Positions 9,851 through 21,509 of a stretch of DNA of 32,302 bases are shown here, in pieces (position 1 is the stretch's first letter; the number at the start of each line of letters is the position of its first letter). The DNA comes from Occultella glacieicola. GTDB taxonomy: Bacteria; Actinomycetota; Actinomycetes; Actinomycetales; Beutenbergiaceae. The notes under the pieces were generated by a model, which did not search any database, was not told the origin of the DNA, and saw only the letters and a list, made by a program, of their open reading frames with translations. The translations under genes and the position numbers were made by a program. The DNA is taken from positions 310,001-342,302 of the forward strand of contig NZ_SMNA01000007.1 in the NCBI RefSeq assembly GCF_004353825.1, in the 5' to 3' direction.

Positions 9851-10695
9851 TGGTCACCGACAACCGTGGTTACGCGCCCGACGTCCGGGCGCGGCTCACC
9901 GCCGACGCGGACCAGATCCTGGCGCGCTACCCCGAGGCCCGCTCGGCCCTGCTGCCGCTGCTGCACCTGGTGCAGTCCGAGGACGGCTACGTGAGTCCGG
10001 CCGGGATCGCTTTCTGCGCGGACGTGCTCGACCTCAGCCGCGCCTCGGTGTCCGCGGTCGCGACCTTCTACAGCCAGTACAAGCGGCGCCCGAACGGCGA
10101 GTACACCGTCGGCGTGTGCACGAACACGCTGTGCGCGGTGATGGGCGGGGACGCGATCTTCGACCGGCTCTCCGAGCGGCTGGGCATCGGCCACGACGAG
10201 ACCACCGAGGACGGCCGGATCACCCTGGAGCGCGTCGAGTGCAACGCGGCGTGCGACTACGCGCCGGTGATGGTCATCAACTGGGAGTTCTTCGACAACC
10301 AGACCCCCACCTCGGCGGTGGACGTGGTGGACGCCCTGCTCGAGGGACGCCCCGTGACGCCCACCCGCGGCGCGGACACGGTCGCCACCTTCCGGGAGGT
10401 CTCCCGGGTGCTCGCCGGCTTCGAGGACGGCCGCGCGGACGAGGGCCTGGGCGCCGGCCCGGCCACCCTGGTCGGCCTGGAGATGTCCCGGGCCAAGGGC
10501 TGGACGGCACCGGCCCCGGAGTCCGAGGAGTCGTCCGAGGGCAGCGAGGGCAGCACGGCCGCTGGGGGCACAGGGCAGGCCGGCACCGACCAGGTCGGTG
10601 ATGCCGGCTCCAGCGCCGAGCGCGAGGAGACCACCCCGGCGGACACCTCCGCCGAGCCGGTGACCAAGTCAGAAGAGAAGGGCTCGAGCGAATGA
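9850..10695 (+). CDS. nuoE: NADH-quinone oxidoreductase subunit E, with acidic C-terminal tail
   Basis: SALLPLLH, VATFY, 2Fe-2S ligands CTNTLC...CNAAC. Confidence 0.96.
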   Translation: MVTDNRGYAPDVRARLTADADQILARYPEARSALLPLLHLVQSEDGYVSPAGIAFCADVLDLSRASVSAVATFYSQYKRRPNGEYTVGVCTNTLCAVMGGDAIFDRLSERLGIGHDETTEDGRITLERVECNAACDYAPVMVINWEFFDNQTPTSAVDVVDALLEGRPVTPTRGADTVATFREVSRVLAGFEDGRADEGLGAGPATLVGLEMSRAKGWTAPAPESEESSEGSEGSTAAGGTGQAGTDQVGDAGSSAEREETTPADTSAEPVTKSEEKGSSE

Positions 10696-11996
10696 CCACC
10701 CTGGCGCCGATCCTGAGCGACATCTGGGACGCACCCCGGTCCTGGACGCTGGCGACGTACACCGAGCACCAGGGCTACGACGCCTGGCGCAAGGCCATCC
10801 ACACCGAGCCGGCCGAGCTGGTCAACGCCGTGAAGGACTCCGGCCTGCGTGGCCGTGGCGGCGCCGGGTTCCCGACCGGGCTGAAGTGGAGCTTCCTGCC
10901 GGCGCCGGACGGCGGGCCCCGCTACCTCGTGGTCAACGCGGACGAGTCCGAGCCGGGCACCTGCAAGGACATCCCGCTGATGCTGGCGAACCCGCACTCC
11001 CTGATCGAGGGGGTGGCGATCACGTCGTTCGCGATCGGCTCCAACCACGCCTTCATCTACCTGCGCGGCGAGGTCGTGCACGTCTACCGGCGCCTGCTCG
11101 CGGCCGTCCGCGAGGCGCGCGAGGCGGGCCTGCTCGGGCAGAACATCCTGGGCACCGGCTACGACCTCGAGGTCACCGTGCACGCCGGTGCCGGTGCCTA
11201 CATCTGCGGTGAGGAGACCGCCCTCCTGGACTCCCTCGAGGGCCGCCGGGGCCAGCCCCGCCTGAAGCCGCCGTTCCCCGCCGTCGCCGGCCTGTACGCC
11301 CGCCCGACGGTGGTCAACAACGTCGAGTCCATCGCGAGCGTGCCGACCATCATCCGCAACGGCGTCGACTGGTTCACCTCGATGGGCACCGAGAAGTCGA
11401 AGGGCCACGGCCTGTTCTCACTGTCCGGGCACGTCGCCAAGCCGGGCCAGTACGAGGCCCCGCTCGGGATCACCTTCCGCGAGTTGCTGGACATGGCCGG
11501 CGGCGTCCGGGACGGGCACTCCCTGAAGTTCTGGACGCCCGGCGGCTCCTCCACCCCGATCCTGACCGCGGAGCACCTGGACGTCGTGCTGGACTACGAG
11601 TCCGTCGGGGCGGCCGGCTCCATGCTCGCGACCCGTGCCCTGCAGGTCTTCGACGAGACCACCTCGGTGGTCCGGTGCGTGTCCCGGTGGACCGACTTCT
11701 ACCAGCACGAGTCGTGCGGCAAGTGCACTCCGTGCCGCGAGGGCACGTTCTGGCTGAAGCAGATCCTGCACCGGCTCGAGGCAGGCAAGGGCACCGAGTC
11801 CGACGTCGACCTGCTGCTGGACGTGGCCGGCAACATCGAGGGCCGCTCCTTCTGCGCCCTCGGCGACGCTGCCGCCACCCCGATCAAGAGCGCCATCAAG
11901 TACTTCCGTGAGGAGTTCGAGCAGGGCGTCCACACGCCCGCCTGGGAACTCTTCCCCTACGAGGCCAACGCGGCCTTCTCCGGAGCGACGGCATGA
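10692..11996 (+). CDS. nuoF: NADH-quinone oxidoreductase subunit F (FMN/NADH binding)
   Basis: [47 protein letters not shown]...FCAL. Confidence 0.97.
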   Translation: MTTLAPILSDIWDAPRSWTLATYTEHQGYDAWRKAIHTEPAELVNAVKDSGLRGRGGAGFPTGLKWSFLPAPDGGPRYLVVNADESEPGTCKDIPLMLANPHSLIEGVAITSFAIGSNHAFIYLRGEVVHVYRRLLAAVREAREAGLLGQNILGTGYDLEVTVHAGAGAYICGEETALLDSLEGRRGQPRLKPPFPAVAGLYARPTVVNNVESIASVPTIIRNGVDWFTSMGTEKSKGHGLFSLSGHVAKPGQYEAPLGITFRELLDMAGGVRDGHSLKFWTPGGSSTPILTAEHLDVVLDYESVGAAGSMLATRALQVFDETTSVVRCVSRWTDFYQHESCGKCTPCREGTFWLKQILHRLEAGKGTESDVDLLLDVAGNIEGRSFCALGDAAATPIKSAIKYFREEFEQGVHTPAWELFPYEANAAFSGATA

Positions 11997-14647
11997 CCGC
12001 CACCACCAACTCCTCGTCCTCTGCCGTGGCCCCGGTCGAGGAGATCACCCTGACCATCGACGGTCTCGACGTCAGCGTGCCCAAGGGCACCCTGGTGATC
12101 CGGGCCGCCGAGACGGTGGGCATCCAGATCCCTCGGTTCTGCGACCACCCGCTGCTCAAGCCGGCGGGGGCGTGCCGCCAGTGTCTGGTGGACATCGCCA
12201 CCCCGGACCGTGAGGGAAACCTGCGCCCGATGCCGAAGCCGCAGGCCTCGTGCACCATCGAGGCCACGCCGGGCATGGTCGTCAACACCCAGCACACCTC
12301 GGCGGTGGCCGAGAAGGCCCAGCGCGGTCAGATCGAGTTCCTGCTCGTCAACCACCCGCTGGACTGCCCGGTCTGCGACAAGGGCGGGGAGTGCCCGCTG
12401 CAGAACCAGGCGATGAGCAACGGGTCCGCGACGTCCCGGTTCGTCGACATCAAGCGCACGTTCCCCAAGCCGATCAAGATCTCCACGCAGATCCTGCTCG
12501 ACCGGGACCGGTGCATCCTGTGCCAACGCTGCACCCGGTTCTCCGCCGAGATCGCCGGGGACCCCTTCATCGACCTGCAGGGCCGCGGCGGCGGCGCCCC
12601 GGGTGGCCACGGCCATGGGCTGCCCGCCCAGCAGATCGGCCGCTTCGACGAAGCGATCCTCGAGTACACCCCGAGCGGTGACCAGGGGCCGGTCGAGTCC
12701 GAGCGCACCGGCGACGTCGTCGGCCCGTACGGTCAGGCCGGCGTGCTGTCCAGCGTAGCCGGCAGCATCGGCGGAGCCCTGGAGGACACCTCCGGTCGCC
12801 CGTTCGCGTCCTACTTCTCCGGGAACACCATCCAGATCTGCCCGGTCGGTGCCCTCACCTCGGCCGCCTACCGGTTCCGGTCGCGCCCGTTCGACCTGGT
12901 CTCGACCGCGTCGATCGCCGAGCACGACGCGTGCGGCTCCGCGATCCGGATCGACCACCGCCGCGGCGTGGTGCTGCGCCGGCTCGCCGGGGACGACCCG
13001 GCGGTCAACGAGGAGTGGATCACCGACAAGGACCGGTTCGCGTTCGCGTGGCAGACGTCCTCCGATGTGCTCACCGCCCCGCTGGTGCGGGACGAGGAGA
13101 CCGGCGAACTGGTGCCGACCAGCTGGTCCGAGGCCATCGGCCTCGCCGCCGACGGCCTGCGCAGGGCCGGTGACGGCGCCGGCGCGGCCGCGCTGCCCGG
13201 TGGCCGCCTGACCCTCGAGGACGCGTACGCGTGGTCGAAGTTCACGCGCACGGTGCTCGGCACCAACGACATCGACTTCCGTGCCCGGGTGCACTCGGCC
13301 GAGGAGGCCGACTTCCTCGCGAACCGGGTCGCCGGTTCGGGGCTCGACGTGACCTTCGGCGACCTCGAGCGCGCACCCCGGGTGCTGCTCGTCGGCCTCG
13401 AGCCCGAGGAGGAGGCCGGTACGGTCTTCCTCCGGCTGCGCAAGGGCATGCTCGCCGGCCGAGTGCAGGTCACCACGATCGCCCCGCTCGCGACCCGAGG
13501 CTCCACCAAGCTGCGCGCCGAGCTCGTCCGCACGGCACCGGGCGAGGAGCCCTCCGTCCTGGACGCCCTCGCCGGGGTCACGGGCACGCCCGAGCACCTC
13601 GCCGACCTCAGGGCCGCCCTCGCCGAGCCGGGCACCGTGGTTCTCGCCGGCGAGCGGCTCGCCGGCGTGCCCGGGGCGCTGTCCGCCCTGGACCGGCTGG
13701 TCTCGGCCGCGGGCGCCAGGTTCGCCTGGGTGCCGCGACGCGCGGGCGACCGCGGCGCCGTCGAGGTCGGCCTGCTGCCGGGCCTGCTGCCCGGTGGGCG
13801 CCCGACGGCGGAGGCGGAGGCGCGTGTCGACGTCGCCTCGGTCTGGGGCGTGAGCGAGCTGCCCGCCGCGCCGGGCCGGGACCTGACCGGGATCCTCGAC
13901 GCCGCGACGGCCGGGGAGATCGACGCCCTCGTCGTCGGCGGCATCGACCTCGAGGACCTGCCGTCGCCGGCCCAGGCCGAGGTGGCGCTGGCCGCCGCGG
14001 GCTTCGTCGTGCAGCTCGAGGTGCGCCGCTCGGCGGTCACCCAGCACGCGGACATCGTGCTCCCGATCGCGCCGACCACGCACAAGTCCGGGACGTTCCT
14101 GAACTGGGAGGGCCGCCCTCGCCCGTTCGGCCAGGTCTTCACGACCAGCGCCCTCACCGACGCACGGGTGCTCGGCATGCTGGCTGACGCCGTCGGGGTT
14201 GACCTGGGCACCCGCACCCTCGAGGACATCCACCGCGAGCTCGCCGAGTTCGACGGGTGGGAGGGCCCACGCACCGCCGCCCCCGCGGTCGAGGCGACCC
14301 CCGTCCCGGCCCTCGACGCCGGCCAGGTGCGGCTCGCGACCTGGCGCCTGATGCTCGACTCCGGCCGCGGCCAGGACGGCGAACCCCACCTCGCGGGCAC
14401 CGCGTACCGCCCGGTGGCGCTGCTGTCGCCGGCCACGGCTGCCACGCTCGGCCTCGCCGAGGGTGACCGGGTCCGGGTCACCGGGCCCGATGGTGACATC
14501 GTCCTGCCGGTCCTGCCGACGCCCATGGGCGACGACGTGGTCTGGCTGCCGCAACACTCCCCGGGATCGTCCGTGCACCGGACCCTCGGGGCCACGGCAG
14601 GTGCCGCGGTGCGCCTGACCGCCGTCGACGCGGAGGTCGCCCGATGA
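11993..14647 (+). CDS. nuoG: NADH-quinone oxidoreductase subunit G
   Basis: [47 protein letters not shown]; molybdopterin-oxidoreductase-like C-terminal part. Confidence 0.97.
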   Translation: MTATTNSSSSAVAPVEEITLTIDGLDVSVPKGTLVIRAAETVGIQIPRFCDHPLLKPAGACRQCLVDIATPDREGNLRPMPKPQASCTIEATPGMVVNTQHTSAVAEKAQRGQIEFLLVNHPLDCPVCDKGGECPLQNQAMSNGSATSRFVDIKRTFPKPIKISTQILLDRDRCILCQRCTRFSAEIAGDPFIDLQGRGGGAPGGHGHGLPAQQIGRFDEAILEYTPSGDQGPVESERTGDVVGPYGQAGVLSSVAGSIGGALEDTSGRPFASYFSGNTIQICPVGALTSAAYRFRSRPFDLVSTASIAEHDACGSAIRIDHRRGVVLRRLAGDDPAVNEEWITDKDRFAFAWQTSSDVLTAPLVRDEETGELVPTSWSEAIGLAADGLRRAGDGAGAAALPGGRLTLEDAYAWSKFTRTVLGTNDIDFRARVHSAEEADFLANRVAGSGLDVTFGDLERAPRVLLVGLEPEEEAGTVFLRLRKGMLAGRVQVTTIAPLATRGSTKLRAELVRTAPGEEPSVLDALAGVTGTPEHLADLRAALAEPGTVVLAGERLAGVPGALSALDRLVSAAGARFAWVPRRAGDRGAVEVGLLPGLLPGGRPTAEAEARVDVASVWGVSELPAAPGRDLTGILDAATAGEIDALVVGGIDLEDLPSPAQAEVALAAAGFVVQLEVRRSAVTQHADIVLPIAPTTHKSGTFLNWEGRPRPFGQVFTTSALTDARVLGMLADAVGVDLGTRTLEDIHRELAEFDGWEGPRTAAPAVEATPVPALDAGQVRLATWRLMLDSGRGQDGEPHLAGTAYRPVALLSPATAATLGLAEGDRVRVTGPDGDIVLPVLPTPMGDDVVWLPQHSPGSSVHRTLGATAGAAVRLTAVDAEVAR

Positions 14648-16041
14648 ACACCAACCTCGCTCCCATCCTGGCCCGGAGCACCGGAGCCGCGGACTTCAGC
14701 AACGACACGATCTGGGTCTCGGTCATCAAGGCCGTCGCGATCCTGCTGTTCCTGCTGCTGTCCGTGCTGTTCGCGCTCTGGTTCGAGCGCCGGATCATCG
14801 CCCGGTTCCAGCAGCGGCTCGGCCCGAACGTGCGCGGCCCGTTCGGTCTGGTGCAGTCCATCCCGGATGCCTTGAAGCTGATCCTCAAGGAGGACATCAC
14901 CGTCAAGGCCGCGGACAAGGTGATCTATCTGATCGCCCCCGTGATCTCGGTGTTCTGCGCCTTCATGATCTACGCCGTCATCCCGTTCGGGCCGATGGTG
15001 GAACTCCCGGGTGGCTTCACCACTCCGCTGCAGCTGACCGACACCCCGGTCTCGATCCTGTACATCCTCGGGATCACCGGCCTCGGCGTATACGGCATCG
15101 TGCTCGGCGGCTGGTCCTCGGGGTCGAGCTACCCGCTGCTCGGCGCGGTGCGCTCCACCGCGCAGATCATCTCCTACGAGCTCGGCATGAGCCTGGCCCT
15201 GGTCAGCGTGCTGCTCGTGGCCGGCTCGATGTCCACCTCCGAGATCGTGAACTCCCAGGAGAACCTGTGGTGGGCGTTCGCGCTGTTGCCGGCGTTCGTG
15301 GTCTACCTGATCTCCGCGTTCGGTGAGGTGAACCGGCTCCCGTTCGACCTCCCGGAGGCCGAGGGCGAACTGGTCGCCGGGTACCAGACCGAGTACTCCT
15401 CGATGAAGTTCGCCTGGTTCTACCTGGCCGAGTACATCAACATGCTGAACGTGGCCGCCGTCGCGACCACGGTCTTCATGGGCGGCTGGCGGGCACCGTG
15501 GCCGCTGGTGACCCTGTTCGGTGAGGGCGTTGACCAGGGCTGGTGGGGCCTGCTCTGGTTCATCCTGAAGATCTGGCTCTTCATGTTCCTGTTCGTCTGG
15601 GTCCGCGCCACGCTGCTGCGGTTCCGTTACGACCAGTTCATGGCCTTCGGCTGGAAGGTGCTGATCCCGGTCGCGCTGGTCTGGCTCGGCCTCGTCGCCG
15701 CCTTCCAGGGCGTGCGCCACTTCACGTCCTTCGACCCGACCGCGATCGATGTCGGCGGGCTCTCCCTGCGCACCGTGCTGTTCGGGATAGCGGGGATCCT
15801 CATCGTCGTCACGATCGTCATGTACCTGATCCCGGACCGGGGCAAGAAGCCCGCCGTGGAGGGCGCCGGCGCGAAGGTCCCGGAGCCCGCCGACGAGCCG
15901 TTCGACGCGTTCGCCGGTGGCTACCCCGTGCCACCGCTGCCGGGTCAGAAACTGCCGCCGTCCACGCGGCGCGCCCGGGTCACCACCCCGGCCGCCCCCG
16001 CCGAGGACGAGACCACCGACGAGGAGAAGACCGATGGCTGA
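14644..16041 (+). CDS. nuoH: NADH-quinone oxidoreductase subunit H
   Basis: [55 protein letters not shown]. Confidence 0.97.
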   Translation: MNTNLAPILARSTGAADFSNDTIWVSVIKAVAILLFLLLSVLFALWFERRIIARFQQRLGPNVRGPFGLVQSIPDALKLILKEDITVKAADKVIYLIAPVISVFCAFMIYAVIPFGPMVELPGGFTTPLQLTDTPVSILYILGITGLGVYGIVLGGWSSGSSYPLLGAVRSTAQIISYELGMSLALVSVLLVAGSMSTSEIVNSQENLWWAFALLPAFVVYLISAFGEVNRLPFDLPEAEGELVAGYQTEYSSMKFAWFYLAEYINMLNVAAVATTVFMGGWRAPWPLVTLFGEGVDQGWWGLLWFILKIWLFMFLFVWVRATLLRFRYDQFMAFGWKVLIPVALVWLGLVAAFQGVRHFTSFDPTAIDVGGLSLRTVLFGIAGILIVVTIVMYLIPDRGKKPAVEGAGAKVPEPADEPFDAFAGGYPVPPLPGQKLPPSTRRARVTTPAAPAEDETTDEEKTDG

Positions 16042-16822
16042 GCAGGGCAAGGGCAAGAAGCCCGCGCCGGGCAAGCGAAGCGGGAACCAGCCGAAGCGGC
16101 CCACCGCGAGCCGCGCCCCGGAGCGGGCCAGGCCGGGCGCGACCCCGGCGAAGGCCGGCCGGGCCAAGACCCCGGCGTTCGATGTGGACTCCGACCTCGA
16201 CAAGAGCGGCCTCGCCGAGTTCTTCGCACCGGTGGCGGGTTTCGGCGTCACCATGTCCACGCTGTTCCGGCCGGTGGTCACCGAGCAGTACCCGTTCGAG
16301 AAGGCACCGACAGCGCCGCGATACCACGGCCGCCACCAGTTGAACCGGCACCCCGACGGGCTCGAGAAGTGCATCGGCTGCGAACTGTGCGCGTGGGCCT
16401 GCCCCGCGGACGCCATCTACGTCGAGGCCGGCAACAACACCCCGGAGGCCCAGTACTCGCCGGGGGAGCGGTACGGCAAGGTCTACCAGATCAACTACCT
16501 GCGCTGTATCTTCTGCGGGCTCTGCATCGAGGCCTGCCCCACGCGGGCGCTGACGATGACGAACGACTACGAGCTCGCCGGGACCACGCGGGAGAAGATG
16601 ATCTTCGAGAAGGACACGCTGCTGGCCCCGCTCCGGTCCGGGATGCTGGCCGCGCCCCACCCGATGGTCGCGGGCCTCAGCGACGGCGACTACTACCGAG
16701 GTGACGTCAGCGGACCCACCACGGAGCAGGTGGCCTGGGTGAAGGAGCGCCGCCCCGAGGACGAGAGCCTCTCCGCGGCCGGCGCCGCCGCGACCCGCGC
16801 CGCCAAGGGAGGCAAGGAATGA
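16034..16822 (+). CDS. nuoI: NADH-quinone oxidoreductase subunit I
   Basis: TEQYP, two 4Fe-4S motifs [12 protein letters not shown] and [12 protein letters not shown]. Start at ATG 16034 after GAGGAG, overlapping the nuoH stop. Confidence 0.95.
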   Translation: MAEQGKGKKPAPGKRSGNQPKRPTASRAPERARPGATPAKAGRAKTPAFDVDSDLDKSGLAEFFAPVAGFGVTMSTLFRPVVTEQYPFEKAPTAPRYHGRHQLNRHPDGLEKCIGCELCAWACPADAIYVEAGNNTPEAQYSPGERYGKVYQINYLRCIFCGLCIEACPTRALTMTNDYELAGTTREKMIFEKDTLLAPLRSGMLAAPHPMVAGLSDGDYYRGDVSGPTTEQVAWVKERRPEDESLSAAGAAATRAAKGGKE

Positions 16823-17691
16823 ACGCCGCCCTGGAGATCTCCACCGGCGAGGCCGTGCTGTTCTGGGTCCTCGCCCCCCTGATGGTCGCCGGTGCCCTCT
16901 CCCTGCTGTTCGCGAAGCGGCCGGTCCACATCGCGGTGAGCATCGCCGGGGTGATGATCGGCCTCGCCGTCATGTACATCATGCTGGAGGCGCCCTTCCT
17001 GGGCGTGGCCCAGATCGTGGTCTACACCGGCGCGGTCATGATGCTGTTCCTGTTCGTGATCATGCTCGCCGGGGTGGACTCCTCGGAGTCGCTGGTCGAG
17101 ACGATCAAGGGTCAGCGGGGGATCGCGGTGGTAGGACTGCTGGGCTTGTTGATCCTGGTGATCACCGTGCTCACCCGCGCCTCGCTGCCGCCCGCCGTCG
17201 GCCTCGCGCAGGCGAACGCGGACACGAACCCCGTCGGCGTCGCCCGGCTGATCTTCGGCGACTACATCTTCGCGTTCGAACTCACCGCGGCCCTGCTGAT
17301 CACGGCCGCACTCGGCGCCCTGGTGCTCAGCCACCGCCGCCGCCTCAGCCCGAAGGTCGGCCAGGCCGAACTCGCCGAGGCGAAGCTCGCGGCCTACGGC
17401 AAGGGCGGCTCCGCCGAGGGGGTCACCCCGCCGGCCGGGCCCGGTGTCTACGCACGCCACAACAGCGCCGACATGCCCGCCCTGGACGCCGCCGGGAACC
17501 CGATCGACGACTCGGTGGTCACCGTGCTCCGGGTCCGGGGGCAGGAGGCCGAGACGGCCGACCTCGACGCCGACCGGGTCGCGAGGATCGCCACCGGCGC
17601 GCCGATGGTGCCCGAGCTCGACGGTGCCGAGCGTGCCGACCGGGCCGAGCTGGACGAGCAGGCCGAGACCACGAAGGAGAACGAGGAATGA
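16819..17691 (+). CDS. nuoJ: NADH-quinone oxidoreductase subunit J
   Basis: [36 protein letters not shown]; operon position. Confidence 0.95.
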   Translation: MNAALEISTGEAVLFWVLAPLMVAGALSLLFAKRPVHIAVSIAGVMIGLAVMYIMLEAPFLGVAQIVVYTGAVMMLFLFVIMLAGVDSSESLVETIKGQRGIAVVGLLGLLILVITVLTRASLPPAVGLAQANADTNPVGVARLIFGDYIFAFELTAALLITAALGALVLSHRRRLSPKVGQAELAEAKLAAYGKGGSAEGVTPPAGPGVYARHNSADMPALDAAGNPIDDSVVTVLRVRGQEAETADLDADRVARIATGAPMVPELDGAERADRAELDEQAETTKENEE

Positions 17692-17987
17692 GCCTGGTCA
17701 ACTACCTGGTGCTCTCCGGGATCCTGTTCTCGATCGGGTCGATCGCGGTCCTCACGCGACGCAACGCGATCATCGCGTTCATGGGCGTCGAGCTCATGCT
17801 GAACGCCGCGAACCTCACCCTGGTCACGTTCGGGCGGCTGCACGGCGACCTGCACGGCCAGGTGATCGCCTTCTTCGTGATGGTGGTCGCCGCCGCCGAG
17901 GTGGTCATCGGGCTCGCCATCATCGTGTCCATCTTCCGAACCCGCGGGTCCGCGTCGATCGACGACGCCAACCTGCTGAAGAGCTGA
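17688..17987 (+). CDS. nuoK: NADH-quinone oxidoreductase subunit K
   Basis: [26 protein letters not shown]; 99 aa. Confidence 0.96.
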   Translation: MSLVNYLVLSGILFSIGSIAVLTRRNAIIAFMGVELMLNAANLTLVTFGRLHGDLHGQVIAFFVMVVAAAEVVIGLAIIVSIFRTRGSASIDDANLLKS

Positions 17988-17996
17988 GGGGCCCAC

Positions 17997-19907
17997 GTGG
18001 ACACCTTGAACCTGGCCTGGCTGCTCGTCGCCATCCCGCTGGTGAGCTCCGCCGTGCTGCTGCTGCTCGGGCGCGGGTCCGACGCCTGGGGCCACTGGTT
18101 GGGAGTGCTGGCCTCCGCGGCCTCCGCCGTGCTGGCGATCGTCATCCTCGTGCAGCTGCTCGGCCTCGGCGCCGACGACCGGACCGCCAACGTCCACCTG
18201 TTCGACTGGATCCCGGCCGGTGACCTGACCGTCTCGGCGGGCCTGCTCGTGGACCCGCTCTCGGTCACGTTCGCGATCCTGATCACGTTCGTCGGCACCC
18301 TGATCCACATCTACGCGGTCGCGTACATGTCGCACGACGTGGATCGGCGCCGGTTCTTCGCCTACCTCAACCTGTTCATCGCCGCCATGCTGGTCCTGGT
18401 CCTGGCGGACTCCTACGCGCTGCTCTTCCTCGGCTGGGAGGGCGTGGGTCTCGCGTCCTACCTGCTGATCGGGTTCTGGAACCAGAACACCGAGTACGCG
18501 GTCGCGGCCAAGAAGGCGTTCGTCATGAACCGGGTCGGTGACATGGGGATGCTGGTCGCGATGATGGCGATGTTCGCCACGTTCGGCGCGGTCGACTTCG
18601 ACACCGTCTTCGGTGCCGCCGACGGCGCCGGCGAGGGTGCCATGACGCTGATCGGGCTCATGCTGGTCCTCGCCGCCTGCGGCAAGTCCGCGCAGTTCCC
18701 GCTGCAGGCCTGGCTCGGGGACGCGATGGCGGGCCCGACCCCGGTCTCGGCGCTGATCCACGCGGCAACCATGGTCACCGCGGGCGTCTATCTGATCGTC
18801 CGCTCCGGGCCGATCTTCGAGCAGACCCCGACGGCGCAGCTCGTCGCGGCGATCGTCGGTGCGGTCACGCTGTTGTTCGGTGCGATCGTCGGGTGCGCGA
18901 AGGACGACATCAAGAAGGTCCTCGCGGCGTCCACCATGTCCCAGATCGGCTACATGATGCTGGCCGCGGGCCTCGGCCCGATCGGGTACGCGTTCGCGAT
19001 CTTCCACCTGATCACGCACGGCTTCTTCAAGGCCGGCATGTTCCTCGGCGCCGGCTCGGTGATGCACGGCATGGGCGACGAGGTGAACATGCGCGGCTTC
19101 GGGAACCTCAGCAGGTACATGAAGGTCACCTGGATCACGTTCATGGCGGGTTGGCTCGCCATCATCGGGATCCCACCGTTCTCCGGGTTCTGGAGCAAGG
19201 ACAAGATCATCGAGTCCGCGTTCGTGGGCGAGGGCTGGCAGCCCTGGGTGTTCGGCACCGTCGCCCTGGTGGGCGCGGGGATCACGGCGTTCTACATGTC
19301 CCGGCTGTTCTTCATGACGTTCCACGGCAAGGCCCGTTGGAACGACGGCAAGAACGACCTGCCCGGCCCCGAGCGCACGCCCCACGAGTCCCCGGCCCTG
19401 ATGACCGTGCCGATGATCGTGCTCGCGATCGGCGCGATCGGACTCGGTGGCCTGCTCACCATCGGCGACTCGTTCGTGACCTGGCTGGAGCCGGTGACCG
19501 GGCACGTCGAGCACCACGAGCCGGTGCTGCCGATCCCGGTGATCATGGTGACCACCATCGTCCTGGTGCTGCTCGGCGCCGGCCTCGCCTGGCGCCAGTA
19601 CGCGGCCTCCGCGGTGCCGGTCGCGCCGCCCACCGGCTCGGTGCTCACCCGCGCCGCCCGTGCGGACCTGTACCAGGACGCGGTCAACGAGGGCGTCTTC
19701 ATGCGCCCCGGCCAGCACCTGACCCGCACCCTGGTCTACACCGATACGGCCGTCGTCGACGGTGCCGTCAACGGGCTCGGCTCCGGGACGCTGGGCTGGG
19801 GAGAAAGACTGCGTCGGCTGCAGAACGGCTTCGTCCGTAGTTACGCCGCGGTGATGCTGATCGGCGTCATCGGTGCCCTTGTCGTCGTCCTCGCCTCGCG
19901 AGTCTGA
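17997..19907 (+). CDS. nuoL: NADH-quinone oxidoreductase subunit L
   Basis: [54 protein letters not shown]. Confidence 0.97.
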   Translation: MDTLNLAWLLVAIPLVSSAVLLLLGRGSDAWGHWLGVLASAASAVLAIVILVQLLGLGADDRTANVHLFDWIPAGDLTVSAGLLVDPLSVTFAILITFVGTLIHIYAVAYMSHDVDRRRFFAYLNLFIAAMLVLVLADSYALLFLGWEGVGLASYLLIGFWNQNTEYAVAAKKAFVMNRVGDMGMLVAMMAMFATFGAVDFDTVFGAADGAGEGAMTLIGLMLVLAACGKSAQFPLQAWLGDAMAGPTPVSALIHAATMVTAGVYLIVRSGPIFEQTPTAQLVAAIVGAVTLLFGAIVGCAKDDIKKVLAASTMSQIGYMMLAAGLGPIGYAFAIFHLITHGFFKAGMFLGAGSVMHGMGDEVNMRGFGNLSRYMKVTWITFMAGWLAIIGIPPFSGFWSKDKIIESAFVGEGWQPWVFGTVALVGAGITAFYMSRLFFMTFHGKARWNDGKNDLPGPERTPHESPALMTVPMIVLAIGAIGLGGLLTIGDSFVTWLEPVTGHVEHHEPVLPIPVIMVTTIVLVLLGAGLAWRQYAASAVPVAPPTGSVLTRAARADLYQDAVNEGVFMRPGQHLTRTLVYTDTAVVDGAVNGLGSGTLGWGERLRRLQNGFVRSYAAVMLIGVIGALVVVLASRV

Positions 19908-19922
19908 GTCGGAGAGAACCTG

Positions 19923-21509
19923 ATGCCTACTCAATTCGCGGACCTGCCCTGGCTGACCATCCTGATCGTGGTGCCCACCGTCGTGGCCGCACTCATCTGG
20001 CTGGTCAAGCCGCTGCGCCGGGCCGCCCGCCCGATCGGGCTCGCCACGAGCGTCCTGGTCCTGATCGGGGTGGCCCTGATGGCGGGCGCGTTCGAGACCG
20101 CCGACGCCGCCGAGGTGCAGTTCACCCAGACCGTCGACTGGATCTCGGCGATCGGCGCGAGCTACGCCGTCGGGGTCGACGGGATGGGCCTGACCCTGGT
20201 CGCCCTGGCGGCCCTGCTGGTGCCGGTCGTGCTGATCGCCGGCTGGAACGAGGTGACGCTGCCCAGCGGCATCGCCGCAGACCGTGCCGAGGACTCGCTC
20301 GCCTACCGCCGAGCCGGATTCGTCTCCCTCGTCCTCGTGCTCGAGTCCCTCATGATCGCGATCTTCGCGGCCCAGGACCTGTTCCTGTTCTACGTGATCT
20401 TCGAGGCCATGCTGATCCCGGTGTACTTCCTGATCGGGGTCTACGGGGGACCGAACCGCCGGGGTGCGGCGCTGAAGTTCCTGCTGTACTCCCTCGCGGG
20501 CGGCCTCGTGATGCTGGCCGGCGTGATCGCCGTCTACTTCCAGACCGACGGCGGTCCCGGCACCTACCTGCTGGCGAACCTGGGCGACATCGCCTCGGAC
20601 AACCCGACGCTCCAGATGTGGCTGTTCCTGTCCTTCTTCATCGCGTTCGCGGTGAAGGCGCCGATGTTCCCGGTGCACACCTGGCTGCCGGACGCCGCCG
20701 CCCAGGCCACGCCCGGGACGTCCACCCTGCTCGTCGGGGTGCTGGACAAGGTCGGCACGTTCGGGATGATCGCGATCTGCCTGCCGCTGTTCCCGGGGGC
20801 TGCCGCCACGGCCGCGCCCGTGATCATCGTGCTGGCGATCATCTCGATCATCTACGGCGGGCTGGTCGCCATCGGGCAGAACGACCTGATGCGGATGATC
20901 GCCTTCTCGTCGGTGTCCCACTTCGGGTTCATCGTGATGGGCGTGTTCGTCGGCACCCAGACCGCGATGGTCGGCGCGATGCTGTACATGGTCGCGCACG
21001 GGGTCACGATCGCGGCCCTGTTCCTGATCTCCGGGTTCCTCACCCAGCGCGGCGGCAGCCAGGACATGCGCACCTACTCCGGGATGCAGCGCGTCACCCG
21101 GGTGCTCGCGGGCACCTGGCTGTTCGCCGGGCTCGCCTCGCTCGCGCTGCCCGGCCTGAGCGGCTTCGTGCCGGAGTACCTGGTGCTCATCGGCAGCTTC
21201 GAGGCGCACTGGGCCTACGGGGCGTTCGCCGTGATCGGCGTGGTGCTGTCCGCCCTGTACATCCTGCTCGCCTACCAGCGGGTGTTCACCGGCCCGGTCC
21301 CCGAGGCCGGCGCGCCGGTCGAACTGACCGGTGAGGCCCTCGACGTCCCCGACCGGGCCGGCCTGAAGGACCTGACCGGCCGGGAGAAGTGGGCCATCGT
21401 CCCGCTCGCCCTCGTCGTCCTCTTCCTCGGTCTCTACCCGGCCCCCGTGCTGGAGCTCCTCTCCGGAGTCGCTGACCAGTTCGCCGCGATCCTTGGGAGC
21501 GCCTCATGA
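19923..21509 (+). CDS. nuoM: NADH-quinone oxidoreductase subunit M
   Basis: FEAMLIP, KFLLY, AFAVKAPMFPVHTWLPDA, SSVSHFG, LPGLSGFVPE. Confidence 0.97.
   Translation: MPTQFADLPWLTILIVVPTVVAALIWLVKPLRRAARPIGLATSVLVLIGVALMAGAFETADAAEVQFTQTVDWISAIGASYAVGVDGMGLTLVALAALLVPVVLIAGWNEVTLPSGIAADRAEDSLAYRRAGFVSLVLVLESLMIAIFAAQDLFLFYVIFEAMLIPVYFLIGVYGGPNRRGAALKFLLYSLAGGLVMLAGVIAVYFQTDGGPGTYLLANLGDIASDNPTLQMWLFLSFFIAFAVKAPMFPVHTWLPDAAAQATPGTSTLLVGVLDKVGTFGMIAICLPLFPGAAATAAPVIIVLAIISIIYGGLVAIGQNDLMRMIAFSSVSHFGFIVMGVFVGTQTAMVGAMLYMVAHGVTIAALFLISGFLTQRGGSQDMRTYSGMQRVTRVLAGTWLFAGLASLALPGLSGFVPEYLVLIGSFEAHWAYGAFAVIGVVLSALYILLAYQRVFTGPVPEAGAPVELTGEALDVPDRAGLKDLTGREKWAIVPLALVVLFLGLYPAPVLELLSGVADQFAAILGSAS

Noticed and set aside
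11957..21209. Long minus-strand ORFs (873, 1182 and 1253 aa) opposite nuoG-nuoM
   Set aside because: Shadow ORFs expected from high-GC codon bias; no recognisable motifs and fully overlapping well-supported genes.
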